64,000 nt of DNA from Octopus sinensis (taxonomy: Eukaryota), in contig NC_043008.1 in the NCBI RefSeq assembly GCF_006345805.1, positions 69,998,001 through 70,062,000 of the forward strand, given 5' to 3'. Below, piece by piece: positions 36,022 through 48,440 of the stretch. Under the pieces are notes generated by a model. That model ran no database searches. It was given only the letters and a program-made list of their open reading frames with translations, and was not told the origin of the DNA. The stretch's first letter is position 1. Each line of letters opens with the position of its first letter. The translations under genes were made by a program, and so were the position numbers.

Positions 36022-36170
36022 ATATATATGATGGGCTTCTTTCAGTTTCTGTCTACCTACCAAATTCACTCACTAGGCTTTGTAGAAGACTCTTGCCCAA
36101 GGTGCCATCAGTAGGACTGAACCTGGAACCATATGGTTAGGAAGCAAGCTTTTACTGTACAGCCATGACT
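35763..36170 (-). mobile_element. Family A SINE
   Basis: TTTTACTTGTTTCAGTCATTTGACTG tail through GGACTGAACCTGGAACCATATGG head. Confidence 0.85.
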
Positions 36171-36173
36171 ACA

Positions 36174-36237
<64 letters not shown>

Positions 36238-36248
36238 ATTATATATAT

Positions 36249-36269
36249 ATGTGTGTGTGTGTGTGTGTC

Positions 36270-36304
<35 letters not shown>

Positions 36305-36341
36305 CTATATATATATATATATGTGTGTGTATGTGTGTGTC

Positions 36342-36374
<33 letters not shown>

Positions 36375-36440
36375 CTATATACATATATATGTGTGTGTAT
36401 GTGTGTGTCTATATATATATATGTGTGTGTGTGTGTATAT
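36249..36440. repeat. Compound (TG)n-C-(TA)n microsatellite repeated in ~6 higher-order blocks
   Basis: GTGTGTGTCTATATATAT blocks recur about every 30-35 bp. Confidence 0.8.
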
Positions 36441-36547
36441 ATATATATATGCATGTATATATGTATTCCCCATTTTTGATATATACTGCTTTACATCTCA
36501 GTGTGCTTCTTCTCTGGATTTATGCTTTCTACATACAATCCACAAAG

Positions 36548-36583
<36 letters not shown>

Positions 36584-37336
36584 CTGTGTGTGTGTCTTTG
36601 TATCTCTGTTTGACTCCCCACCACTACTTGACAAAGGTGTTGGTGTGTTTACAACCCGTAACTTTGCAGTTTGGCAAAACCGATTGATGGAATTAGTAAC
36701 AGGCTTAAAAAATAGACAAGTACTAGGGTCGATTCATTCAACTAAACATTCTTCAATGTGGTGCTCCAGCATGACCCCAGTCTAATGACTGAAACTATTA
36801 AAAGATAAAAGATATATATTATTTACATGTAGTATATACTAATGAATTGCTCTGCTTTAAAGACGGATCGAACCCTATAAGACCTATTCATGAAGAAAAT
36901 AACTAAAACTATAGCCATTAGTTTGCTTGTACAATTGAATATAAATTAAATATACAATATAACAACATAAAATATCGATGAATACTAATTTATAAAGCTT
37001 ACAAAGATGAGAGGAATTCACCAAATTATTTCGTAATTGAATTCTTAAGATCTATTACAAAATATATATCTAAGCATACAGAATTTTAGAAGTCTGACTA
37101 TAGAGATAATTTTAAAACTAATATCATTATAAAATATAAAAATATGTTAAAAGAAGAGAAAAAAAGCACAAATATAAAATGTGCGTAATTCAAGAACAAA
37201 GTTTAAAGTTATGTTCAGATTCATAAAATAATAATAACAATAGTATAATGCTTATAATAATAGCAAAAATAAAGATAATGTAAATGAATGATAAAGAGTC
37301 ATGATAGCAGGGATACTGCTGCTGCTGTTTCTACTA

Positions 37337-37369
<33 letters not shown>

Positions 37370-37379
37370 ACAATAATTC

Positions 37380-37592
37380 AGAACTACAGGAACAAGGCCT
37401 GAAATTATGATGAAGGGGAATAGTTGATCTCATTGACCTCCAAGTATTTGTCTGGTACTTATTCCGTCAACCCCAAGAGAACAAAAGGCTATGTCGATCT
37501 TGGCAGTATTTGAACTCAGAATGTAAAGATGGATGAAATGCATGCTAAGCATCTTGTTTGGCATGCTAACTTTCCTATCAGCCCATTGCCGC
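37380..37592 (-). mobile_element. Family B SINE
   Basis: CAAGGCCTGAAAT tail to TTTGAACTCAGAATG and head CCCATTGCCGCC. Confidence 0.7.
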
Positions 37593-37612
37593 CATCATCA
37601 CCACCACCACTG

Positions 37613-37768
37613 CTTCTTCTTCTTCTTCTTCTTCTTCTTCTTCTTCTTCTTCTTCTTCTTCTTCTTCTTCTTCTTCTTCTTTCTTCTTCTTCTTCTTCTT
37701 CTTCTTCTTCTTCTTCTTCTTCTTCTTCTTCTTCTTCTTCTTCTTCTTCTTCTTCTTCTTCTTCTTCT
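37613..37768. repeat. (TTC)n/(GAA)n tract of about 52 units
   Basis: Read directly; one extra T near 37681. Confidence 0.97.
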
Positions 37769-38349
37769 CCCTCCTTTAGGTACAAGGTCTGCAATTTTGT
37801 GGAAAGAGTGGTTGTCAATTATATCACCCCCACCCAGTTGTCTGTTGGCTCTTGTTTTATCAACCACAAAATGAAGGAAGGCAAATTTGGTCTTGGCGGA
37901 ATATGAACTCAGAAAGTAATGAGCCAGAAGAAATGCTGCTAAGTGTTTCTTTCAATGTGCCAATAATTCTACCAGGATTTTAATAAGCTAGGAAAAATAA
38001 TTTAGATGTTAGAAAATACATAATGATGTGTGTATAATGCTAAAATATATAGCCTTGCCTCTGCTGCTTGTCAGGCTGAGAAAAGTGAACTGTCAAGGTA
38101 TTGGTTATACTCTGACAGCTCTATGGTTGAGCCTGTGACAGTGGAGACCTCTGGCGTTCCCAGCCCTCGAACCTCATCCCTGTTAACCACTCCTGGGGTG
38201 GAGCTGGCTATCCTTAAGTGTGAGCCCTGTGAGTCACAGTGGCTATTCCACTGAATCTCTCTCACCATCCTCTGGGCTCACACCTTTTCCATTTTGTCTG
38301 CTGGGACCATGAAGCAGTCTGAATTTTAGGAAGTTGTATGTTCCATTCC

Positions 38350-38578
38350 TTAACTCTTTAGTGTTCAAATTACTTTGTCAAATGTAATGCTTATTTATTC
38401 ACATTGTTTTGAATTAATCATACATTATCTTGTAGCCTTGAGATTTCAGTTTTGTGATTCTGTATTTTAAGAATGGCATTGTAAGATAGGTGTGAGAGTT
38501 TGAAGCTAGTTAGTTTCAATGTAAATCAAGTAGAATATTTTGCACCAGATATAGCCAATTTAAATGCTAACAAGTTAA
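38350..38578. mobile_element. Possible piggyBac-type MITE (TTAA-flanked)
   Basis: TTAA at 38350-38353 and 38575-38578 with degenerate TIRs CTCTTTAGTGTT / AATGCTAACAAG. Confidence 0.45.
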
Positions 38579-39300
38579 TGTAAAGTTACCCTGTATAAAT
38601 TGCATAATGTTTAAATAATATTTACATAATGTTTAAAGATAATAGCAAAATGTGCTAAGGTCATCTCTACAGATTTTCTTGAGAAATTGTGGCCAGCACT
38701 GATTTTGTTATGTTTCATATCTGAGACATCAGATGTAAGCAAACAATGAGATTGAAAATGAAAAAAAATGGGTGATGGGCATGTATGCCATATTCCCTGA
38801 GTTTTTGCTCCTTCATCAGCAACCATCTAACCTATTAATCATCCATGAAATCATTGCTTAAATAACCACTATATATAGCAGTGTAACGTTATTGGATATA
38901 GCAGTTTACATATTAAACACATTCCCAGGAGCTGGTATGTGATACTGTGTACCTACAAATCATTAATAATAACAATAAAGTAGTTGGTAAGAAAATTTCT
39001 CAGAGTAACTAAGATTACTACTATGAAGACGACATTAGGTTGGAAGCATTAGGTGAAAATATAATGAGCACATACGATAAGTTATGAGTATCTTATGGTT
39101 AATAAGCATATATAATCTAATATAGGTAAGGAAATAGATAATTATAAATTAGTTCTGGTATTGATAAATAATTGTGTGTAGATATTTAAGAATAGGGTAA
39201 GGGGAAAATATGAAGAAAATGCAAATTCACATATTGTAAAAATAAAAAAGTACAAATAAAAATAAGATTAAATAAATACAAGGGAGCTTTTGTAGTGTAT

Positions 39301-39700
39301 CTTTTACTTGTTTCAGTCACTAGACTGAGGCCATACTGGGGCACCACCTTGAAGAAGTTTTAGTCAAATGAATCAACCTCAGTACTTACCATTTTTTATT
39401 TTAAAGTCTGGGACTTATTCTGTAGGTCTCTTTTGCCGAACTACTAAATTATCAGGATATAAACACACTGGCACCAGTTGTCAAGAAGTAGTGAGAATCA
39501 AACAACAACAACACACACACACACACACACACTCACATACACACACACACTCACACACACACGTGTGCACCAATCTTCTTTCGGTTTCCATCTACCAAAT
39601 CCACTCACAAGGCTTTAGCTGATCCAAGGCTATAGTAGAAGATACCTGCCCAAGGTGTCACACAGTAGAATTGAACTCAGAATCAAATGATTGAGAGATA
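39301..39700 (-). mobile_element. Family A SINE
   Basis: TTTTACTTGTTTCAGTC tail; GTTTCCATCTACCAAATCCACTCACAAGGC body. Confidence 0.8.
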
Positions 39701-39969
39701 GTCATTGGTAAATATATTTATGAGTATTTACTAGCAATATGTAAATAGATTGAAAGAAAGAATTTGAAGTTTTGTAAATTTTGTAGTTGCAACACATTAT
39801 TCTTTCAGAATAACTCTTAAGTAAGGTACCTGTAGTAAACTCCACAGTCCTCAGGAATATGTTTGCACTCATCATTTAACATATAATGTATTTTCTTTCT
39901 TTTGTTTGATTCAAATTTCATAAAATTTAGATGAAATTATATTGACAACAGTTCTTTTAATTCATTCAG

Positions 39970-40020
39970 TTTGATTATGCTGTAACAAATTTTAACCCTA
40001 TGAAAAGGGTATTTTATCAG
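39970..40020 (+). CDS. Candidate 51-nt coding exon FDYAVTNFNPMKRVFYQ (phase 0-0), gene unidentified
   Basis: Acceptor TTCTTTTAATTCATTCAG, donor CAG|GTAAGT; only phase 0 is open (the other two frames have stops). Confidence 0.5.
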
Positions 40021-41832
40021 GTAAGTAGGTTGCACTGACAAGATCAGCAATCAACGGCCAAGATCAATCAGTGCACAACAACGGTTTGGTGTATGTTTAC
40101 GTCAACCACTTTAAAGCTTGCACTGTTTACTTATGTAAACTGTCATCCCTGCGAGGACTGTAAATTCAATGAAACTGGTATGGCTGGATGCAACTGTAAA
40201 TTCCATGAAGGACCAGAAGAATTTGCTGAACATAAACGAATTTGATAGGAAGTCATAGTGGAAATGGTAGTGTAACTGCCAAAACTGCTGCTTTTATACT
40301 ATTATGGTGATGAAGTCTTGAACTGAGTTGGAAATATTTACATGAAGAGTCAAACAAACCTATCAGATTCCTTGAAATTTGTACTGCAGCCTCTATTATT
40401 GATTCCGTGAGTGATAGCAGATATTTATATCAACCAGTACACAAACAGGTACAGGCACAAAACTGCAGCAGATAGGGCTGTGTATATTTTCATCATCTGC
40501 TTCAAAGCGAGTACACAGCACCCATAAATTTAAATCAACCGATATTACGGAGTTAAATTTGTTTTTGTCTTTGGCTAGTAAGTGTTATTTCTTATTTGTT
40601 TCTATCTAGAAATTGAAGGAAATGACTACTATTCCCTTCAAACTTTACTTTTGTGACCTGTTTTGAAACTGACCTATTTTCCATTACATTTGAGTCAGGT
40701 TCAGTGTTGAGTTGCTGAGACAGAAATATTGTCGTAGCAATATTCTGCTTATGCCAGATTTGTTTGTCTGTTGCTTGACCTTCACCACGCAAGCATTTCC
40801 CTTAGTGGCTGACAATATGTGCATCGATGATCATGAGCAGGAGTAGTGGGGGAACAGCATAGCCATGTGTTGAGAGGGATTCTTTGGGGGTTTGAACTAA
40901 TGTAACAAAAGCAAAGTTTGAAGGAAATATTAGCCACTTTTCATACTTTGCTGGGAATAAGTAAATAGAAAATAACAGTTCCTGCCCAAGGACAAAAATC
41001 TGTTCACAGTGTTATCTATATCCTCATAATGTTTTTCTCTAACCACACTTTTTTTTTTAACTTTATATAGATTAATTTCATTTATAGGTTCCATTAAAAT
41101 TAATTGCATTATTAGGGACTTAAACAAAAAAAAAAAAAAAAAGAAAAGGAGTTTATTTCAGCCAACTGGAACAGGTTCAAATTCTTCCTCATGGTCGTTA
41201 ACATAGGCCTACCTAACTTATGATTAATAGCAATTAATGTCAGAAACCATATGAAACATTTGAAAGCACCAAATACTATTTAAACCATTCTAAGTTATTG
41301 ATCACTTTTGCTTAGTCTACTGAGGTACAGCTGGCCATAAGATTGATTGCAGGAAACCTTTTGGTCAACCTGTTCAATTTACATTATACATACACACATA
41401 TATACATTGCTGCCATCATTTAACATCCGTTTTCCTATGCCATATACAAATACATATATACATACATATATTTATATTTACACATACATACATATTATGT
41501 ATGCATATGCATGTGCGTATGTATCTTACTTATGTTTGTATGTTCCTCTAGTTTTACTTAGAAGATTTCTCATCAGTAGAAAAAATTGTGTTTTTAACCC
41601 AGACACAGGGCTCCTTCATTGCCAAGTCTGCTGCTACTACAGTGAACTGTGTTTTATTAGCCGGTCTTACACCAACTATCTCTGAAAAGCCACTCAAGAA
41701 TTCTCAATTCACTTATTACTCCTGTTCTCGTTCCTGACTTTGTGTCCACTTAGTCCTTCCTATACACTGGTCCCTTAGAAATTCATTTCCTGCACAGTCA
41801 CATATGTATAGAGGAGCTTTTAAAGAAAACAG

Positions 41833-42150
41833 ATGTGGCTGTAGTGTAAGAAGCTTGCTTCCCAACCACATGGTTCTGGATTCAGATCTACTGCATAGCA
41901 TCTTGGGCAAGTGTCTTCTACTATAGTCCTGAATCAAACAAAGCCTTGTGAGCGCATTTGGTAGATGGAAACTGAAAGAAGCTCATTGTATATGTAAGCA
42001 TATATCTATGCATGTGCATCATTGTGGTTGTGTTTGTCCCCCACCTCACTTAACAACCTGTGTTGGTTTGTTTATGTGTGTCCCCCACCATCCCGTAGCT
42101 TAGCAGTTTGGCATTAAAGTCTGATGGAATAAATACTGCCATCAAAAAAA
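41833..42150 (+). mobile_element. Family A SINE
   Basis: GTGGCTGTAGTGTAAGAAGCTTGCTTCCCAACCACATGG head and standard body. Confidence 0.8.
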
Positions 42151-42188
42151 AAAAGAAAAGAGCCCTGAAGTCAATTTCATCATCTTCG

Positions 42189-42730
42189 TCATTTAATGTT
42201 CACCTTCCATGCTGGCATGAGATGGATGGTTTCACTGAGGTCTGATTGCATTAGGCTCCAATTTGATCTTTCTATGTTTCTACAGCTGGATGCCCTTCTT
42301 AACTCCAGCCAATCCAAGAGTGTAGTGGGTACTTTTTATGTGCCACCGGCACAGGAGCCAGTCAGATTGCCCTGGCATCGATTACATTTGGATAGTGTTT
42401 TTTATGTGCCACTGGCACAGGAGCCAGCCGGGGGGCACTGGCCACAGCTACGATTTTGATTTTACTTGACACAACAGGTCTTCTCAAGCATTTTATATTG
42501 CCCAGTGCATCAAGGTACTTTTAAATGGGCTGGACATGCAACACTGGCATCAGCCATGGCTGCTATCTCTCTTTAGTAGCTGGGTCTTCTCAACCAGAGT
42601 ATATCTCCAAAGGTCTTGGTCTCCTATCATTGCCCTTGTGCGGCCCAACGTTTGAAGGTCACGCTTCACCACCTCATCCCAGGTTTTCCTGGGTCTACCT
42701 TTTCCACAGGTTCCTTCCACAGTTAGTGTG
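42189..42730 (-). mobile_element. Short 5'-truncated RTE (same family as 11076-14335)
   Basis: 42620-42725 matches the ORF end at 12280-12400 (GGTTTTCCTGGGTCTACCT); the 3' UTR follows. Confidence 0.85.
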
Positions 42731-43366
42731 TGGGAAATCCTTCAAGGCAGTACCCCAGTGTGGCCATAGTTCAATGACTGAAACAAGTTACAGATAAATA
42801 GATATAAAATTAAGGTTTTTGTGGTTTAACTATATGCAATAAGTGATCAATCAATGCTGTATCACCTAAGTAATTAATCAAATGACTAGCTATGATCAAC
42901 AGACCCAGTGCTCCAAATATACTATTCCTCTGCCTAGCTGGATTCTACACAGTACATTCTAACAAACATTGGTTCATCATATAAAAAGTAGTGAAATAGC
43001 CAGTCTTATGTGTAATTTGTATTTTGTTATATGTCTGAGTTTTAGTAGAAGTCACAAAAAAGGTTGACTTGTGCTCAAAAATTGACTGTTGCAGTTGATC
43101 TGCACATGCACGCACACATACACACACAACACACAAACATGCATGCATGCACACATACCCACACAATAAACACACACACATGCACACACACATACACATA
43201 TGAACATTCATACACACATTCCCTGTTCTGTTCTAGTCTCCTCTCTTATACTTTAACCTCTCATCTAGTATAATGTCACCACCTTTTCTGTTGTCACACC
43301 CAATCAATGGTAATTTCACTAGTGCAACTGCCATGAAAAGAAAAAGCACTCATTACATGCTGTAGA

Positions 43367-43665
43367 GGTGGAGGCACATGGCCTAGTGGTTAGAGCAGTG
43401 GATTCGCGGTTGAGGAATCGCGAGTTTGAATCTCAAACCGAGCGATGTGTGTGTTTATGAGCGAAACACCTAAGCTCCACACAGCTCTGGCAGAAGGTAT
43501 TGGTGAATGACTCTTTCGCCACAACTTTTTCTCACTCTTTCCTCCTGCATCTTGCAGCTCACCTGCGATGGACCGGCGTCCCGTCCAGGTGGGGAATCTA
43601 TATGCCAAGGAAACTGGGAAACCGGCCCTATGAGCCAGGCATGGCTTGAGAAGGAACAAAGAACA
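43367..43665 (+). mobile_element. tRNA-derived SINE with V-domain-like core and 12-bp TSD
   Basis: TSD ACATGCTGTAGA at 43355-43366 and 43666-43677; A-box TGGCCTAGTGG; core CTGCGATGGACCGGCGTCCCGTCCAGG resembles V-SINE domains (from memory). Confidence 0.85.
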
Positions 43666-43855
43666 ACATGCTGTAGAAGGGTTTAAAGCTGTATAAACTA
43701 TGCAAACAAACATTGGACATAATGTAGTCTTTTAACTCGTTGGATCATATCAAACCATCTTGCTTATGCCAGCATGGAAAATGGACATTAAATGATGATG
43801 ATTTTTACACACACATGCACACACACACATTTATATATAGAGAGAAGCAAATGTT

Positions 43856-44173
43856 GGGATAAGCAAGTTAGACAGATCAATATATAAAGTATATTAAATA
43901 CATGAAATACAAAAAATGTATATATGTTTATATACAAAAAGGTCAGACTTACACAAAATAGAAATATTGAGAATTAAAGAGGTTGAAGAAAGTATTGAAC
44001 CACCAAGTCCCCAGAAACAGTTGTTGGATTTGTAATACTTTTCTTCAACCCCTTTAATTATCTATATCATTTCTATTTTGTCTAAGTGGGGTTTTTTGTA
44101 TATAAACATATATACATTTGTTGTATTTCATGTATTTAATATACTTTATATATTGATCTAACTTGCTTATCCC
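43856..44173. repeat. Foldback: ~140-bp imperfect inverted repeat with 37-bp spacer
   Basis: Arm 43856-43996 is the reverse complement of 44034-44173 (e.g. GATCAATATATAAAGTATATTAAATACATGAAATACAA). Confidence 0.9.
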
Positions 44174-46094
44174 TACTTTTAATTCTATACCTGCTCAAGT
44201 GCAAATCTCTGTAGCACCACTAAGTGTATTCTATATGGAGAACATTTGGATCTCATCAGAAGGTGATGTGTATTCCAGTAGAGTGTGTATGGCTTCATAA
44301 GGGTATTGAGGCTGCTGTTATTTTTTGTGAGGGTTCACTTTTGATTCTGTCTCATTCCAGTGGATGGGTTATTATTTTCAGACTTGTGTTGTTTAGCCTA
44401 AGGTCAACCCTCATCAAGAGCACTATGACCAACTGCATTCCAGCCTTGATCATCTCAGTTGTTTTTTGTTTTTTCTTTCTTTTAAGAGACTTAATATTTC
44501 TAGAGTTTTACCAGGCAATGTATTTTACCTTGCTTTAAGATATTATAGAGTGGTGTGAGAAATATTAGGCTGCTATTTTTAGCAAATTTAGTGCCTTTTT
44601 AGATGCTTTCCTTTATGTGGTCTTTGTACTGTTGTTGGGGTAGTGTTCTGTTATGTTTTGAAATTACTGGTGTGATTATACAACTAGAGACAGGGACTGC
44701 GTGGGTTGAAGCTTAATGTACTGTGGCATCAACACTGTACACTTGGCAGAACTGAAAAACATACTGAAGAATCTAAATAGTGTAGAATTAATGTATTCAT
44801 TAACTGGAAGCTAAATGTTCACTCTCTCGTTATTGTGAGAAATGATTCACTTCTATCTTAGAATTATGATGGAATGCTGTTGAAGATTCACAGAAATGAA
44901 CCTTCCTTTATGTTAAAATTTCTTGTCTTTAGTATTTTTTTTTTCCCAAAAAAAGAATAATTCTTTTTGGAACAATTTTTCTTATTGACTGTAATATGCT
45001 TTCTTTTTTTCTTTTTTCCTTATTATTTTTCCTGAATAATGCAAAAAATAAAATATAAAATTAAGATGAAATTTCTAAAGGTACAACAACTTTAGGGTTA
45101 AGAAGTTGCAATAATAGACCATGCCTCCTCAAGGTTACTTACAAGCTCCAACTTGTGATACAGCTGTTCTGTTGGTTCTTAAGAACAAAGCATAGAATTA
45201 TATTTGCCTCAGTCTATCAGGCTGACAAAACAGGTCCCCCTCCTTTTTCACAGTTTATTGTTTAGGACTAAGGAAGGAATAACACTGTACCAAATGATGA
45301 CTAATAAATACTATTGTTTCCTTTCATAGATACTAGAGTATATGTTCATAGGGGTATGAGAAGGGGCAGCAATACCAACCCCAGGATAAAAAGGAAAGGG
45401 GTAAGATTCAATAATACTATCCCAGAATGTGATGGAAGTGGATAGTACTGATAACGTTATCCCCAGAGCTACAGGCAGTCAATGTAATATAACTAGTATC
45501 ACCCCAAACTTGACAGATCATTGTTGTCAACATCATCATCATCATCATCATTTAAACCCTGTCTTCCATCTGGCATGGGCGGGATGGTTTGACAGGTGCT
45601 GGTAACCCTAGTGATGGTGCCAAGCTCCACTGTCTGCTTTGGCATGGTTTCTATAGCTGGATACCCTTCTTAATGCCAGTCACTCTACAGAGTAGGTTGG
45701 GTGCTCTTAACATGGCACCAGCACCAATGAGGTCACGACATAGCTTGCAAGGCAAAGATCCTTCTACTACTACAACTATTATTATTATTAGTGCCCTGAG
45801 TTTACACCTGTAGTTGAAAAAAAGCAAAGGGAAAAGGCACCTGCCCCAAAAGTCAGAGTACCCATAGTTTTTTATGGGGTTTTTCCATGAGCAGCCCTTG
45901 AACATTTCCTCTCTATTGAGGATTTCACACTGTTGATTTCTATTTTTTAAAAATAATTTTGTTAGTCTTGTTTACATACAAACCCATCACAACACACACA
46001 CATTCTTTGTTTTGTCCTGTACTGTCCATAATGTTTTTCTTAATGTAAATCCTTGTGGTTAAGAAAGAAATTATTATCATTATTACTATTATTA

Positions 46095-47100
46095 TTATGG
46101 TAAGCTGCCAGAATCACTACTGCACCAAAAAAAAATGCTTAGTGGCATTTCTTCTGACTTTGTTTGGAGTTCAAATGCTGCCAGGGTTGACTTTGCCTTT
46201 CATCCTTCCAGGGTTAATAAAACAGGTGTGAGTTAGAGACTGGGGTTAATATAATCAACTTAGCTCCTGCCTCAAAATTGCTGGCCTTGAGCCAAAATTA
46301 TTATTATTATTATTATTATTATTGAGTGAGAGAGTAGCGCATGTCATGAAAGTGACACTGGGGTAAAATATACGAAGCCCAGTGACTACCCATTTGATAA
46401 GGCTACACCAGGCACATGCATCACAACAATATGTACGCAACATGGTGATCTCATTTCAAGATAAATAGTATGTGACCTTACAGGTGGGGCCAAGTTAGAA
46501 TTTTCTTCAGGTCGAGTATCCCATCCCACACAAAAGGTCCCTGAATAAGGGTTGTTTAAGGATGTTCAACGAAACACCCATATTTCCAAAGGAGAATTAT
46601 CAAAACTCGAAAGAATTCCTCTCAACACATGGCTATGATGCTCCCCCCACTACTTCTGCCTATGATCAGAGATGCACATATCATCAGCCACTAAGAGACA
46701 TGATCAACTGGTTATGGTCAAGCAAGTGCGATATTGACAGAATATTTGCTGTAGCCAATCTTTTATACCAAGACATAACAGTGTACATGATAACACTTCT
46801 AATCAGTTAAGATCAAAAGCTATGAGAGCCACTACTGCCTGGTACTTCATCAGGGCATTTATTATTATTATCATCATCATCATCATGGGGGTGACAAGCT
46901 GGCAGAATTGTTAGCATGCTGGACAAAATCCTTTGCGGTATTTCCTCTGCAGCTATGTTCTGAGTTCAAATTCCCCCGAGATTGACTTTGCCTTATATCC
47001 TTTTGGGGTCGATGAATTAAATACCAGTGAAACACTGGGTTGATGTAATCGACTTGTCCCCTCCTACAAAATTTCAGGTCTAGTGCCTATAGTAGAAAGG
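46095..47100 (+). mobile_element. Two family B SINEs (about 46095-46300, 46888-47100) around an unclassified (ATT)n-flanked repeat (about 46325-46860)
   Basis: The middle repeat also occurs in reverse orientation at about 40790-40900 (CCCTTAGTGGCTGACAATATGTGCATC...AGCCATGTGTTGAGAG). Confidence 0.75.
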
Positions 47101-47149
47101 GTTATTATCATCATCAACATCATCATTGCTTTGCTATATGTAGATCTTT

Positions 47150-47425
47150 TACTGTTGGGTTGTGTGTAACTATGCCTTACCTCCTGCCTGCAGCTCAGAG
47201 GTACAACACTTCCCCCAGTACATAAGCTGTTCCAAACATCCCAACCAGATGTGTACTTCCAAATATATTCGGTATGCCTAAGATTTCAGGTATTGCATCC
47301 AGATTCTTTGAAATTGTTCCCAGTGCACCAATAACAAAAGGGACAATTTTGACTGTTGCTTGATATATTTCCCATATCTGGCTTGCCAAATCCTGGTATT
47401 TGTTTACCCTGAAATTTTGTGGGTA
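47150..47425 (-). mobile_element. RLE-type LINE C-terminal fragment
   Basis: VPFVIGALGTISKNL...FGTAYVLGEVL resembles the R4/NeSL C-terminus; (ATA)n on its 5' side. Confidence 0.7.
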
Positions 47426-48402
47426 TAATAATAATAATATTAATAGTATTAGTAGTAGTAATAGTAGTAGCTGTAGTAGTATTAATAAAAATTGATAATG
47501 ATATTAATAGCTAAAATTGCTTCAATGGCATGCAAATATCCAAATCATACAAAAATTGTAGCACCAAAATATTCCTCTAGAGTATTGTAAACTATCCTTT
47601 TAAATATTCTAGTATGATAGCATAAGAATAGGAGGTAAGATGAAATTAAAATTCTTAATTGAATTTTAACTAAGTTTTCGAAAATTTCTTTGCAGTAATC
47701 TTTTCTTTTCTAACTACTAGGATTCAAAGGGATGCAAGTGTATGGAACATTTGCAAAGGGGTACAAAGAAGGAAAAGATAACGTGGAATCAAAATACTTT
47801 TTAAAAAATGGTTTACAGGTTACTAGGGAAGGGGATAAGAGATGTTATAAAATATCTGAAAGGATCAAAGGACATAGGATATATATATATGCGTGTATAT
47901 ATAAATGTGTTTATATGTGTATGGTTGCATGTATATATATGTGTGTGTGTATGTCTACATATATATATCTGTGTTTGTGTGTCTGTGTGTGCACATACAA
48001 ATGCCTCTCTGTGTGGCTGTATATACTTGTACATGTAGGTGCGTGTGTATTTATATATATATATATGTTATGTCTGTCTGTTTGTGTTTTTAAGTCTTTT
48101 GACATACGGGTGTTTATGACCAACTGTTTTGTCTATATATTTTGGCCTTTTCTCCCTACCTTTATCATAACACAAAGACACACACACAAGTTATCTGCAT
48201 AGTGTATCCTCATTTTTTCTCACCCTCTCCCCACCGTTCCGTCCCTAAGTGGTCAGCTGACTCTCATAGATATTTTTATATGCTTTCTCTTTGATTTCTT
48301 TCTCTCTTTTCTTTTCTGTTTCTCTCATCTTGCATCTGTGATTCTATGTCTTTCTCCTGGGATGTATATATATGTTTATGTGTGTGTGTGTGTGTATATA
48401 TA

Positions 48403-48437
<35 letters not shown>

Positions 48438-48440
<3 letters not shown>

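Noticed and set aside
37516-37906. Poly-Glu/Arg/Leu/Ser/Phe/Lys ORFs
   Set aside because: Translations of the (TTC)n tract.
38075-38228. GC-richer island with overlapping ORFs on both strands and possible CAG|...|GTGAGT sites
   Set aside because: No recognisable motif; its end phase (1) does not fit the phase-0 exon at 39970; more likely an old transposon fragment.
39970-40020. Loose similarity of (IIQ)FDYAVTNFNPMKRVFY to the SAMHD1 segment INMDYG..EKNPIDHVSFY
   Set aside because: Too short and low in identity to name a gene without a search; no symbol assigned.
45143-45177. 35-nt minus-strand exon candidate (TTCTTAAG acceptor, CTT|GTAAGT donor)
   Set aside because: All three frames are open, so there is no coding signal, and it is not frame-preserving; cannot be distinguished from chance.
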